Positions 28,534 to 40,107 are shown, counted from the first letter of the stretch. The stretch is DNA of 64,000 bases from Gammaproteobacteria bacterium (GCA_045105615.1 JBGCDS010000006.1:3026-67025); one strand, 5' to 3'. The notes: generated by a model from the sequence alone, not told the origin. Numbers and translations: made by a program.

Positions 28534-30094
28534 AGTAATCTTCTAAAAATTCTGTGAAATTCTTATTGTCACTTTTCTCTAGCTCTTTTTGTTCTCGCAA
28601 GCTTTCCTCAACTGCTTTTAAAATATCACTTGAAGTCTTCTCACATTTTTCACTAGAAGAATAAAACTGACAGTACTGCTTACCTAGGCTTTCAATATAT
28701 TGGTAATAAGATAAATTATTGTCGCGCATCGCACTCAATATTTTTGCAGAAAATGTTTCTTCTACAGACTCTACACTAGTGTAGAACTGATTGATTGATT
28801 GAACAAACAGATTGTTGCCACTGTTTTTATCCATGCATTCTGCAATTTTCAATAACCCTGCAAATATTTCTCCACACCATTCCTGCAACGAAATGCTTTT
28901 ACCTTTTTTGCGCAGATGCAATTCAGGATTACGCCCATGATGAGATACCTCATGCGCATTGATATCAATTTCTTCTCGTTCTTTACGGTCGATTAAACTG
29001 TCGTCACCCAATAAACAGTAAACAAACAATATTTCAATAAAACGTAACTGTTCGATACTGACACCAAAGGGTGAAAATGGATTTAAATCTAACGAACGTA
29101 TCTCCACGTATTGGACGCCTCGATCCAACAGCGCTTGTGTCGGCTTTTCATTACGACGTGCCACCTGCTTAGGCCGCACTGTACTGTAGTACTCATTTTC
29201 TATTTGCAGAATATTGGCATTCAATTGTCTATATTCACCATTTACCTTCACACCGATTTCCTCGTAAGGAACATAGGGTTTTTCAATTGCGCGGGTTAAA
29301 CAACTCACATAGTCTGGCAGGTTGTCATAACATGCCTTCACACCAATTTCATTTTCACGGTGATTGGTGTAACCGATATCACCTAAGCGTAACGAGGTTG
29401 CATACTCTTCATAGTGCGTGTCTTCATCAAAACGCTGTAAATCTTTAACACCTTGATGGCTAAAACTTTTATCCACCGCGGGAGATGCACCAAACAAGTA
29501 GGGCACCAACCAACCGACACGTTGCAGATTACGTATTAATTTGAAGTACTGTTGATTAACAAAGTCCTGTGAATTGCTTGTATCTCCAAGTGCAGCTTGC
29601 CAGCCTGGCCAAAATTCTTCTGGCATAGATAAATTCACATGTATGCCTGAAATCACCTGCATTACTTTACCGTAGCGATAACCTAAACCACGACGATATA
29701 CATTTTTCATCTGACCTAGGTTGCTAGTGCCGTATTCCGCAATGCGTATACTTTGTTCGCCGTCCAGCTTGCATGGCATGCTTGCCGGCCATAGGCATTC
29801 ATTACCTATGTTTGGATAGACAAACTGATGTATTTGTCCCAAGAATTTGATTGCCTGTTCTGCTGTGTCCAATGGCGGCGTGACGAATTCTAATAATGCT
29901 TCAGAATAGTCTGTGGTGATATGCGGGTGCATCAATGCGGAACCCAGTGCAACAGGATGATCTGTATTGGCAATCACTCCCCGCTTATCAGTGCGTAGAG
30001 ATTCTTTCTCAATGCCAACTTTACCAATATGAAGTGAGGACTCCATATTGTATTTACTGATGAGATTTAGATTGTCTTCGATCGCTTGATACAT
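28517..30094 (-). CDS. gshA: glutamate--cysteine ligase
   Basis: 525 aa, E. coli GshA-like (GSALMHPHITTDYSEALLEFVTPP). Confidence 0.9.
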   Translation of the reverse strand: MYQAIEDNLNLISKYNMESSLHIGKVGIEKESLRTDKRGVIANTDHPVALGSALMHPHITTDYSEALLEFVTPPLDTAEQAIKFLGQIHQFVYPNIGNECLWPASMPCKLDGEQSIRIAEYGTSNLGQMKNVYRRGLGYRYGKVMQVISGIHVNLSMPEEFWPGWQAALGDTSNSQDFVNQQYFKLIRNLQRVGWLVPYLFGASPAVDKSFSHQGVKDLQRFDEDTHYEEYATSLRLGDIGYTNHRENEIGVKACYDNLPDYVSCLTRAIEKPYVPYEEIGVKVNGEYRQLNANILQIENEYYSTVRPKQVARRNEKPTQALLDRGVQYVEIRSLDLNPFSPFGVSIEQLRFIEILFVYCLLGDDSLIDRKEREEIDINAHEVSHHGRNPELHLRKKGKSISLQEWCGEIFAGLLKIAECMDKNSGNNLFVQSINQFYTSVESVEETFSAKILSAMRDNNLSYYQYIESLGKQYCQFYSSSEKCEKTSSDILKAVEESLREQKELEKSDNKNFTEFLEDYFAKQA

Positions 30095-30133
30095 GAGAGA
30101 TTTGATTTTTATCTATAAGCAGATGATTAATTA

Positions 30134-30859
30134 ATGCTTTGTTACACTAAGCTGATGTTTAAGCTCAGATTATATCAAAGCATGCCCTATAGCTGCCCAT
30201 ATATTCCCAACTATTGCGCACAGCACCATACGACTGAGCCAAGCGCCACATTAACCAGCAATTTATATAGTGAATTAATCAATATAGGCTTTCGACGCGC
30301 GGGCAGTCGGATACATCGGCCTAACTGCCTGCATTGTACGCAATGTGTTTCTTTGCGTATTCCTATGAGTGATTTTCGTGCTAATCGCAGCCAACGGCGC
30401 ATATTCAACAAGAATAGCAACCTTAGCGTAGCTGTGGTCATTAATCCTGACTACTCAAATTATCTATCACTATATGAACAATATATTCGTCATCGGCATC
30501 CCGAATCTGAAAGCATGCAAGAAGCGTTGAATACATTTGAAGATTTTTTATTCAGTCCCTGGTCAAATACTTTCGCCATTGAATTTCGTTTGCCCAACCA
30601 GCAGCTTGTCTGTGTTGCTATCTGCGATCCATTAATTCAAGGCTGGTCGGCAGTCTACACATTTTATGATATTGAATATTCCAATCTCAGTCTTGGGACA
30701 TTTTCTATTCTTAAACAAATTGAATTATTAAAACAGCGCAACTTAGACTATTTATATTTAGGGTATTGGATTAATGATTGCGATAAAATGAATTATAAAA
30801 CTCAATTCAAACCCTGTCAGGGGTTTACTAATGAACAGTGGATAACCATTAATGAGTAA
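30134..30859 (+). CDS. bpt: arginyltransferase-family aspartate/glutamate leucyltransferase
   Basis: ATE N/C domains: CPY.P, FRRAG...RP.C..C, YLGYWI. The true start may be the internal Met at 30158. Confidence 0.75.
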   Translation: MLCYTKLMFKLRLYQSMPYSCPYIPNYCAQHHTTEPSATLTSNLYSELINIGFRRAGSRIHRPNCLHCTQCVSLRIPMSDFRANRSQRRIFNKNSNLSVAVVINPDYSNYLSLYEQYIRHRHPESESMQEALNTFEDFLFSPWSNTFAIEFRLPNQQLVCVAICDPLIQGWSAVYTFYDIEYSNLSLGTFSILKQIELLKQRNLDYLYLGYWINDCDKMNYKTQFKPCQGFTNEQWITINE

Positions 30860-31175
30860 TCAGAAAAACTTTGGGGCCGACTTTAACAATTTGCTAGACA
30901 CGAGTCATTTAAAAAGCATCACATTATCAGACATGAGTTCAGGCACATCGTTTAGAGTTGACAATATCCCAGGCAAACAGGCTTCAGTAAAAATTCTTTA
31001 CGCAATTTCACAGGCTAATGATTTTAAAATCAGTAGGGATCAGGCGAGAACTGGCGTTAGTTTATTTGGTGACTATGCAGAAGAAGAGAAGCAGCAACCC
31101 GGTGCACACCCAAACATCAAGCTGCTTTTTGATATCATTGAAAATAATCAAGTATGGATGGTTGAAGTAAGTTAG
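30852..31175 (+). CDS. hypothetical protein (107 aa) translationally coupled to bpt
   Basis: Start overlaps the bpt stop. No recognisable family. Confidence 0.4.
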   Translation: MSNQKNFGADFNNLLDTSHLKSITLSDMSSGTSFRVDNIPGKQASVKILYAISQANDFKISRDQARTGVSLFGDYAEEEKQQPGAHPNIKLLFDIIENNQVWMVEVS

Positions 31176-31723
31176 CTTAAGAAATTGCTAAGCCTATTCC
31201 AATCAAAAGCAGGGCCAGGATCTGTCTTACGTCCTGGTGCAATATCACAGTGACCAACAACATGCCCATTAGCATTTAACCCAGAATAAGTCATCTGCAA
31301 ACATAAGATCACCGCTTGCAACACACGGTATTGCTCATCGGTATAATCAATATTATCCGCCCCTTCCAATTCAATTCCAATCGAGAAATCATTACAACAC
31401 TCTCTCCCCTCATAACAAGAAGCACCCGCATGCCAAGCACGTTGATTAAACGGCACAAACTGAATTAACTTTCCTGATCGTTCAATAAAGAGATGACTTG
31501 ACACTTCCATGCCTTTAATTTCTTTAAAATAAGGATGGATGCTTGGGTCGAGTGTATTTTGGAATAACTCTTTCACATAACCACCACCGAACTCATTCGG
31601 TGGCAGACTAATGTTATGCACAACAATTAAATCAATATCTGCATCATCAGGACGCTCATCGTAATTAGGTGATTCGATGAACTCAGCACCGACGATGACA
31701 TGAAAATTAGGATCTATACGCAT
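31172..31723 (-). CDS. ampD: 1,6-anhydro-N-acetylmuramyl-L-alanine amidase
   Basis: 183 aa, amidase_2 motifs (NYDERP, VVHNISLPP, WHAG, GHCDIAPGRKTDPG). Confidence 0.9.
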   Translation of the reverse strand: MRIDPNFHVIVGAEFIESPNYDERPDDADIDLIVVHNISLPPNEFGGGYVKELFQNTLDPSIHPYFKEIKGMEVSSHLFIERSGKLIQFVPFNQRAWHAGASCYEGRECCNDFSIGIELEGADNIDYTDEQYRVLQAVILCLQMTYSGLNANGHVVGHCDIAPGRKTDPGPAFDWNRLSNFLS

Positions 31724-31923
31724 GCAAACATTTTAACTTAATTTATTAGATAATTTCACACAAGCGCTTATTTTTACTCAAGTTAGTTTCTTTTAAACAG
31801 AGCAGATTGATAGCTGGTTCATTACTTGTTTAACGTTTGCACAATAAGTTCATTATTTACAACTAGACTACTAACATCATAATCTGCTACAAATACTTGA
31901 AGTTTTGTTACTAGGGACCATTA

Positions 31924-32757
31924 ATGGAGCTCAACCTTGATACAGGACGCCTCATTGTGTTTATTGGCGGCCTGCTAATCTTTGCAATTATTGAATCACT
32001 CTTTGCAAAACGAAGCTGGGATAAGCTGCGTGTAAAAAGGTTTGCGTTCCATGCTGGCGTTGCCGCATTTAATACCGTGCTTATCCGCATGTTTATCTAC
32101 GTCCCCATGTTGCTGTGGATTGTGTATGTCGAAGAAGAAGGCTGGGGTTTATCGCGTTGGTTAGGTTTACATGGCATTACTGAAATTATCATTTCATTAA
32201 TTGTATTGGATGCATTTGATTACTTCTGGCATCGCGCCAATCATCGCGTTGGATTTTTATGGCGCTTCCATAAAGCCCATCATGCCGATACACATATGGA
32301 TGTTTCTACCGCTCTTCGCTTTCACCCGGGCGAATTGATCATCTCATCCTTAGTCAAAGCCACATGGATTGTTATATGGGGCCCAACGGTAATTGCTTGG
32401 TTTGTATTTGAAGCCCTAGTTAGTCTTAGCGCACAGTTTCATCATAGTAACTTCGACTTTCCAAATAAACTCGAAAAAATATTGTCACCGATTGTCGTCA
32501 CGCCACGCTATCATGCATCACACCATGCGGTAGATAGAAACTATGGTGATGCAAACTTTTCAACCATTTTTAGTCTTTGGGATAGGATATTTTTTTCCTA
32601 CCAAAAACCAGCAGTAGGAGGAAGCACCACACTAGCAAAGGACTCTATAGGTTTACCCGAAAATCGCTCACAGGCATTTTCAGTGATAGCCTGGATTACA
32701 GAACCTTTTACCTCGCGTAATTTACACTTAGGCAACCAAGCATCTAACAAATCTTAA
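31924..32757 (+). CDS. fatty acid hydroxylase / sterol desaturase family membrane protein
   Basis: His boxes HRANH, HKAHH, HASHH. Confidence 0.7.
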   Translation: MELNLDTGRLIVFIGGLLIFAIIESLFAKRSWDKLRVKRFAFHAGVAAFNTVLIRMFIYVPMLLWIVYVEEEGWGLSRWLGLHGITEIIISLIVLDAFDYFWHRANHRVGFLWRFHKAHHADTHMDVSTALRFHPGELIISSLVKATWIVIWGPTVIAWFVFEALVSLSAQFHHSNFDFPNKLEKILSPIVVTPRYHASHHAVDRNYGDANFSTIFSLWDRIFFSYQKPAVGGSTTLAKDSIGLPENRSQAFSVIAWITEPFTSRNLHLGNQASNKS

Positions 32758-32789
32758 CGTTAACTCTTAAACCAAAAAGGGGAATACAT

Positions 32790-32936
32790 ATGAAATTTAT
32801 TGCACTTGCATTATTACTCTTACCTTTGTCTTTATTCGCTGGCGAGCACGCTGGCAAGAAAGCTGAACATGCCGGTGAAAAAGCAGAGCATGCGGGTAAA
32901 GAAGCGGAGCACGCAGGCAAAGCCGCTGAAAACTAA
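32790..32936 (+). CDS. unannotated small secreted peptide (48 aa) with 4 tandem A-E-H-A-G-K repeats
   Basis: RBS aaaaagggga 9 nt upstream of the ATG. Signal peptide MKFIALALLLLPLSLFAG. Mature part EHAGKKAEHAGEKAEHAGKEAEHAGKAAEN. Below the 60-aa ORF-track cutoff. Confidence 0.6.
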   Translation: MKFIALALLLLPLSLFAGEHAGKKAEHAGEKAEHAGKEAEHAGKAAEN

Positions 32937-32962
32937 TCTCACTCTGATTTAAAGGTAAATAT

Positions 32963-33436
32963 ATGCGACTCCTCATTCAAATTAATACAAAGATAGTTTT
33001 TATCTTATTAATGCTTTGGGGAGTTTCACCATTTGCTAATGAGGCGAATACGACTGACAACCAACCCGCGAAAAAATATTATGTGCATGACATTAAAAAT
33101 GCCATGAATGATCACATTGCTAAAAGCATCGATGAGAATGGTGTATTTACCATTGAAGATGATAAAACTGGTGAAATCTTATCTTTAAAATTTGTAAAAA
33201 TTCATGACCCCGTACGCGTCATTGATGGCCGCACCTATTTCGCTTGCACTGACTTTCATGTCATCGGTAACAAAAAGAAACTTTATGACCTAGACTTCTG
33301 GATGAGCCCCGTCGACGGTAAACTAAAAATCTTCAAAGCAAAAATTCACAAAGAACCACGGAAATCCTTAATTTACGGCTGGTATAAACAACCACGCTAT
33401 ACCTTTGTTGACGATAAAATCGTAGAGCTTTACTAA
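32963..33436 (+). CDS. secreted hypothetical protein (157 aa)
   Basis: Signal peptide. 26 nt downstream of the repeat peptide and co-directional with it. Confidence 0.55.
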   Translation: MRLLIQINTKIVFILLMLWGVSPFANEANTTDNQPAKKYYVHDIKNAMNDHIAKSIDENGVFTIEDDKTGEILSLKFVKIHDPVRVIDGRTYFACTDFHVIGNKKKLYDLDFWMSPVDGKLKIFKAKIHKEPRKSLIYGWYKQPRYTFVDDKIVELY

Positions 33437-33717
33437 ATCTCTCCCATTCTTTTTCTTTGCTTGCTTTTCAAGCCCCCAAAGCAAGCCCTTGTCGTCGATA
33501 TAAAATGATATCTTTGTTAAGCTCACCTCAAATTATTGGTGGAAAGCGGTCTATCAAATCAATTAAGAATAGTGTTCTTTGAGCGACCAAAATACACTAT
33601 TCATAATACCCATATAATTTCAGAATACCTGTAAAATTAATCCACTCTACTGTTTAGACATTCAAACTCTCCAAATTCAGCGGGAAGAAAATCTTACAAA
33701 GCAATAATAGAGGGGGC

Positions 33718-33873
33718 TTACCCTCGTTGAGTGGGCATGATCAAACTTAGCTGGGACAATCCAGCGTGCCATCCTGGTAACACTCTGGTCAGTTCACCCG
33801 ATTTCAATTCATCACGACATGTGTAGGCAGGCAAAGCCACAATGCCTAACCCGGCAATCGCCGCTTGTTTCAT
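33718..33873 (-). pseudogene. remnant of a LysR-family regulator C-terminus (51 codons)
   Basis: Minus-strand translation MKQAAIAGLGIVALPAYTCRDELKSGELTRVLPGWHAGLSQLSLIMPTQRG* matches the LysR C-terminal consensus (AA.AGLGIA.LP......L..G.L..VLP.W......L..P..R). No RBS and no N-terminal HTH or substrate domain. Confidence 0.5.
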
Positions 33874-33943
33874 AGAAAACGTAAAGAAACTTAAAATTAT
33901 TTTAAAAATGCCAAGATAGCATAGTTAACTTTTACACCTTCCA

Positions 33944-33972
33944 TAAAAAAAGCCTCGCAATGCGAGGCTTTT
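33944..33972 (-). terminator. rho-independent terminator of groESL
   Basis: GC-rich hairpin gcctcgca/tgcgaggc, followed on the minus strand by T7. Confidence 0.8.
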
Positions 33973-33998
33973 AATTTAAAGCTAGGAAGCTTGATGAA

Positions 33999-35657
<1,659 letters not shown>

Positions 35658-35709
35658 TTAAATTTTATTTAATTCAAAAAATTCTGATTAGCAATCAGAC
35701 CAGAGTTAA

Positions 35710-36000
35710 CTAGCCTTCGATGACGGCCATGATGTCGTCTTCACGCATCACTAATAAATCATCGCCGTCTACTTTCACTTCAGTACCAGAATATTTTCCG
35801 AACAGAACGGTATCGCCTACTTTGACGTCAAGTGCTTGCACTTTGCCGCTATCGCTTGCTTTGCCGTTACCAACAGCTAGTACTTCACCTTTAATAGGCT
35901 TCTCAGTTGCAGAATCAGGAATGACGATGCCACCAGGACTGGTACGCTCTTCTTCCATTCGCTTAATTACTACACGATCGTGTAAAGGTCTTAATTTCAT
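35710..36000 (-). CDS. groS: co-chaperonin GroES
   Basis: 96 aa. [11 protein letters not shown]... Confidence 0.97.
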   Translation of the reverse strand: MKLRPLHDRVVIKRMEEERTSPGGIVIPDSATEKPIKGEVLAVGNGKASDSGKVQALDVKVGDTVLFGKYSGTEVKVDGDDLLVMREDDIMAVIEG

Positions 36001-36066
36001 GTCGTATATCTCCTGACAATTAAAAATCTTAAAATTCTTTATAAATTCATAGGGTTGCTAAATTTG

Positions 36067-36093
36067 TTAGCACTCTAGTCGAATGAGTGCCAA
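36067..36093. promoter_or_regulatory. CIRCE-like inverted repeat (HrcA operator consensus) upstream of groES
   Basis: TTAGCACTC-N9-GAGTGCCAA, 17/18 match to TTAGCACTC-N9-GAGTGCTAA. Located 67-93 nt upstream of the groES start. Confidence 0.6.
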
Positions 36094-36120
36094 TGATACG
36101 GTTCGGCCTAGCGTTGTCAA
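36093..36120 (-). promoter_or_regulatory. sigma70-like promoter of groESL (-35 TTGACA, 16-nt spacer, -10 TATCAT), immediately upstream of and abutting CIRCE
   Basis: Minus strand: CTTGACA-N16-TATCAT, then the CIRCE palindrome. No CCCCATNT sigma32 -10 element seen. Confidence 0.45.
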
Positions 36121-36131
36121 GGCACAAATTG

Positions 36132-36602
36132 TTACTTGTTCTGGTCATAGGGCTCTTTATCGTTTTCTATAATTTCGCCTTCGATGACGTCAGGATCACG
36201 CGGCCTAGCAGTCGGTCCAGCGCTATTAAATCCGCCCGTCGTCACCTTCATGTTCTTGATTGCCCAGGCAATAATCGCTTGACGAGTAAACGGAATTAGA
36301 CATAGAAAACCGATGCTATCAGTGAGAAACCCTGGCGTTAACAACAATGCACCGCCAATTATTAATGCCACGCCTTCTAACATAGTGGTGGCTGGCAATT
36401 GCCCTGTACCGACTTCCTGTTGGAATTTCGCCATAGTGTTGAATCCCTGCGCACGCAGCAGAGACACACCGATTATTGCGGTGACTATAATCAAAAGTAC
36501 GGTCGGTAACGCACCAATCAACCCACCTAGTTCTATGAATAGGTAGATTTCTATTAACGGGATGCCAATAAATAACGCTGCAGCAACTGGAAAGCCCCGC
36601 AT
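36132..36602 (-). CDS. fxsA: FxsA family cytoplasmic membrane protein
   Basis: MRGFPVAAALFIGIPLIEIYLFIELGG signature. Same fxsA-groES-groL arrangement as in enterics. Confidence 0.85.
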   Translation of the reverse strand: MRGFPVAAALFIGIPLIEIYLFIELGGLIGALPTVLLIIVTAIIGVSLLRAQGFNTMAKFQQEVGTGQLPATTMLEGVALIIGGALLLTPGFLTDSIGFLCLIPFTRQAIIAWAIKNMKVTTGGFNSAGPTARPRDPDVIEGEIIENDKEPYDQNK

Positions 36603-36703
36603 TAGAGTTTGCTAGTGTTTATAACCATTACCCCTATATAGTGACGCCCATGCCGCTTTACAATGGCTAATGAAATATTTATCTGAAAATCCCTAGCGAT
36701 ACC

Positions 36704-37036
36704 ATGCCTACAATAGATCAGCAGAAAATGCTGTTAGTTATGACCACAATCCCTGACATCGATAAGGGAAAGTTGCTCGCCCGTCAGATAATCGAAGAAC
36801 GACTGGTTGCTTGTTGCAACATAGTGCCTGGAATGACGTCTATTTATCGCTGGAAAGATGAACTGTGTGAAGACCAAGAGTGTCTATTAGTAATGAAAAC
36901 GCTAAAAACCCGGTATACACAGTTAAGTAAGTTTATTCTTCAACAACATCCTTACGACACCCCAGAATTAATCGCCTTACCAATTACACAAAGCACAGAA
37001 GAGTATTTATCATGGGTCACCAAAGAAACCAGTTAA
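36704..37036 (+). CDS. cutA: divalent-cation tolerance protein CutA
   Basis: 110 aa CutA1 fold, adjacent to dsbD as in E. coli. Confidence 0.85.
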   Translation: MPTIDQQKMLLVMTTIPDIDKGKLLARQIIEERLVACCNIVPGMTSIYRWKDELCEDQECLLVMKTLKTRYTQLSKFILQQHPYDTPELIALPITQSTEEYLSWVTKETS

Positions 37037-38898
37037 TTCACCAATCTATTTGGGCAAGTTTATTAGCGCTATTTCTACTATTAAGTGCATCAAGCCAATC
37101 ATTTGCTGCCGGCAACCCCTTTGGGAATAGCAGTGAAGAAGACGAAGAATTCCTGACGGTTGATGAAGCATTTCAATTAACCGCTACCAGCAATTCAGCC
37201 AACGAAATAAAGTTATTTTGGAATGTTGCGGATGAATACTATCTATACAGAAAGCGCCTTAGCGTTAGCAGCAACGATGCCAGCGTAGTAATTGGCGAAT
37301 TAGGTTTGCCGACAGGTAGAAATCTACATGACGAATTTTTTGGTGACGTTGAAATATATGAACATAGCCTAGATGTCAGCGTGCCCATTTCTGCCAACAC
37401 TAATACGGTTGAACTGATAGTTGGATACCAGGGCTGCGCTCATGCTGGCCTATGCTATCCACCGGTGAAAAAGACTATCAACGTGACACTGCCAGGTAAT
37501 GCTGGTGGCTCAGGCACGAACATTGCCAAATCCATGAGTACGGGCGATTCTACCAATACCAAAGCAGCAAAACCGGTCAATGAGCAGGATAGTATTTTAG
37601 ATAATCTTAAAAATGCAAATCCTCTCGTGGCGATTATGCTCAGTTTAGGCTTTGGCCTGCTGGTGGCTTTCACCGCGTGCATGTACCCAATGATTCCAAT
37701 CTTAACATCGTTGATTATGGGACAGGGCGAAAAGATAACCACATTCAGAGCCTTTAGCCTGTCGCTTAGTTACACGCAGGGTATCGCACTTACCTTTGGC
37801 GTGCTTGGCGCAATCATGGCAGTTGTAGGAGAGGCTTTAGGTATTCAAGGCAGCTTACAAACTCCTTGGATTTTGATCCCATCAGCTTTATTATTTATTG
37901 GCTTAGCATTTTCTATGTTCGGCTTTTATGAAATCCAAGTCCCAAGCGCATTACAAAGCAAGCTAAACGAAAAGAGTAACCAGCAGAAAGGTGGCTCTCT
38001 ATTTGGCGTTGGCTTAATGGGTGTATTGTCTGCACTTATTGTTGGTCCATGTGGCGGCCCAGTATTATTAGCTGTGCTTGCATTTGCCGCTCAATCACAA
38101 AGTCCATTGGCTGGATTCTTATACTTATGGGTATTCGGCACTGGCATGGGCTTACCACTCCTCATTATGGGCTCAGGTGGAGGTGCTCTATTGCCTAAAG
38201 CCGGTACCTGGATGGACATTGTTAAAGCCACCGGCGGTGTAATTATGATCGGTTTAGCAATTAGCTTTTTAGAACGTCTTAGCCCAACTTATATACCTAC
38301 CTCCATTATCATGCTGATGTGGGCAGCATTGCTTATTATCGTCGCTGTATATTTAGGCGCTTTAAAATCGTTATCGGACGATTGCAGTGGCTGGAGCAAG
38401 TTATGGAAAGGGCTAGGTTTAATCCTGCTCATCTATGGTGCTATGTTCTTAGTCGGCCTTGCGGCTGGCGGAAAAGACACATTGAAGCCATTGACTGGGG
38501 TTATCTCAAGCGGACAACATGCCACCAGCCAACAACATGTTGCTCATAAACGCATCAAGACAGTGGATGATCTCAATAGTGAATTAACAGCAGCCAAAGC
38601 GGCTGGTAAGCCTGTCATGTTGGATTTTTACGCAGATTGGTGTGCGTATTGCAAAGTCATGGAAAAGAAAGTATTTCCTGATCCCGCAGTCGTTGCCGCT
38701 TTAGACAATGTTGTGTTCTTACAGGCTGACATTACCGTCCAAGATAATGCTGATAAAGAATTAGCGCGTCATTTGGATATGTCTGCTCCACCCATGCTGT
38801 ACTTTTGGGATGCAGATGGCACTGACTTAAGAAGCAGTCGGTTAACCGGGAGTGTCACCGCTGAGCAGTTAGCAGACCATTTAAACACCCTATTTTAA
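37012..38898 (+). CDS. dsbD: thiol:disulfide interchange protein DsbD
   Basis: 628 aa. N-terminal DsbD-alpha domain, central 8-TM domain with CGGP-type Cys, C-terminal thioredoxin-like domain (WCAYC). Confidence 0.9.
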   Translation: MGHQRNQLIHQSIWASLLALFLLLSASSQSFAAGNPFGNSSEEDEEFLTVDEAFQLTATSNSANEIKLFWNVADEYYLYRKRLSVSSNDASVVIGELGLPTGRNLHDEFFGDVEIYEHSLDVSVPISANTNTVELIVGYQGCAHAGLCYPPVKKTINVTLPGNAGGSGTNIAKSMSTGDSTNTKAAKPVNEQDSILDNLKNANPLVAIMLSLGFGLLVAFTACMYPMIPILTSLIMGQGEKITTFRAFSLSLSYTQGIALTFGVLGAIMAVVGEALGIQGSLQTPWILIPSALLFIGLAFSMFGFYEIQVPSALQSKLNEKSNQQKGGSLFGVGLMGVLSALIVGPCGGPVLLAVLAFAAQSQSPLAGFLYLWVFGTGMGLPLLIMGSGGGALLPKAGTWMDIVKATGGVIMIGLAISFLERLSPTYIPTSIIMLMWAALLIIVAVYLGALKSLSDDCSGWSKLWKGLGLILLIYGAMFLVGLAAGGKDTLKPLTGVISSGQHATSQQHVAHKRIKTVDDLNSELTAAKAAGKPVMLDFYADWCAYCKVMEKKVFPDPAVVAALDNVVFLQADITVQDNADKELARHLDMSAPPMLYFWDADGTDLRSSRLTGSVTAEQLADHLNTLF

Positions 38899-39101
38899 TC
38901 TCAATTTTGCTTAATATTGGCTAGGCGCATGAGCCCTGTGCTTAGCCAACTTGCCACTCGCACAAACTATCATCTTGTAGCAAACCTCTGAAAATTTGCT
39001 GCTAAATTCGCCTATCTTGTTGTATATTAGACAGCTCGTTATTTTTACGGCACAATACTTCTAGAGCTAAAATACAATCCAACAAAGAGTTCACCTGGCT
39101 A

Positions 39102-39542
39102 ATGAGCAAAATCCTTCTTCTAAATGGCCCAAATTTAAATCTATTGGGTTCTAGAGAACCTGATGTCTATGGTTACGACACGCTAGACCAGATTGTGGAG
39201 AATGCATCCGCACATGCCAAATCGTTAGGACATGAATTGGTGCATCTGCAATCCAATGCTGAGCATGAGCTCATCAATCGATTGCATGCCGCCAAGCAAG
39301 AAAATGTTGAATTCATTGTTATCAACCCAGGCGCATTTACTCACACGAGTATTGCTTTACGAGATGCATTTCTGGGTGTCGCTATTCCGTTCATTGAAAT
39401 ACACATTTCCAATGTATTTGCGCGAGAAGAATTTCGACAGGTGTCTTATTTATCAGATGTTGCGGTGGGGATTATTTCTGGCATGGGTACCTATGGATAC
39501 CAACTTGCCATCAGCGCCGCGCACAACCAGTTAACCAAATAA
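39102..39542 (+). CDS. aroQ: 3-dehydroquinate dehydratase type II
   Basis: 146 aa. [16 protein letters not shown]... Confidence 0.95.
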   Translation: MSKILLLNGPNLNLLGSREPDVYGYDTLDQIVENASAHAKSLGHELVHLQSNAEHELINRLHAAKQENVEFIVINPGAFTHTSIALRDAFLGVAIPFIEIHISNVFAREEFRQVSYLSDVAVGIISGMGTYGYQLAISAAHNQLTK

Positions 39543-39556
39543 AAAGAACTAAGCAC

Positions 39557-40012
39557 ATGGATATACGAAAAGTAAAAAAACTAATTGAGTTACTAGAAGA
39601 GTCTGGCATTGCCGAGATTGAAATCAAAGAAGGTGAAGAGTCAGTACGCATTAGTCGCGACAACCCCAACGCTCCTATTATGCCAATGCAATATGCAGCA
39701 GCTCCGGCTCCGGCTCCTATGCCAGCTGCCACAACCGCCCCAGCAGAAAATACTAGCACTGAGCCTGCCATTGTTAGCGGGCATCAAGTAACCTCACCCA
39801 TGGTAGGTACGTTCTATGAAGCCTCCTCACCAGGAGCAACGCCTTTCGCTGAAGTTGGCAAACAGGTTAAAGAAGGCGATGTGCTCTGCATTATTGAAGC
39901 AATGAAAATGCTTAACCAAATTGAAAGCGATAAGTCAGGCACAGTTAAAGCGGTGCTTGCTGAGAATGGTCAACCAGTTGAATTCGGACAACCACTTTTT
40001 GTCATTGAATAA
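39557..40012 (+). CDS. accB: acetyl-CoA carboxylase biotin carboxyl carrier protein
   Basis: Ala/Pro-rich linker, biotinyl motif EAMKM. Confidence 0.95.
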   Translation: MDIRKVKKLIELLEESGIAEIEIKEGEESVRISRDNPNAPIMPMQYAAAPAPAPMPAATTAPAENTSTEPAIVSGHQVTSPMVGTFYEASSPGATPFAEVGKQVKEGDVLCIIEAMKMLNQIESDKSGTVKAVLAENGQPVEFGQPLFVIE

Positions 40013-40107
40013 ATTCACTGCTTAACTATATTGACGAGCTACTTGCCACTGAATAACAAGATGTTTAGCCATTTGTAAAACATCACAAAAAGAAGAATAA
40101 CCGAGCC

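Noticed and set aside
36000-36130. Sigma32 heat-shock promoter (CTTGAAA-N13-15-CCCCATNT) upstream of groES
   Set aside because: Searched for, but no CCCCATNT-like -10 found. The region instead carries a sigma70-like -35/-10 and a CIRCE palindrome.
36087-36546. Plus-strand ORFs (70 and 77 aa) overlapping fxsA and the groES promoter
   Set aside because: Antisense to fxsA, and the region is occupied by the CIRCE/promoter elements. No coding signal.
38917-38949. Hairpin downstream of dsbD (ttggctagg...cttagccaa) as a terminator
   Set aside because: Stem includes a G-U and a 15-nt loop, with no U-tract on either strand. Too weak to call.
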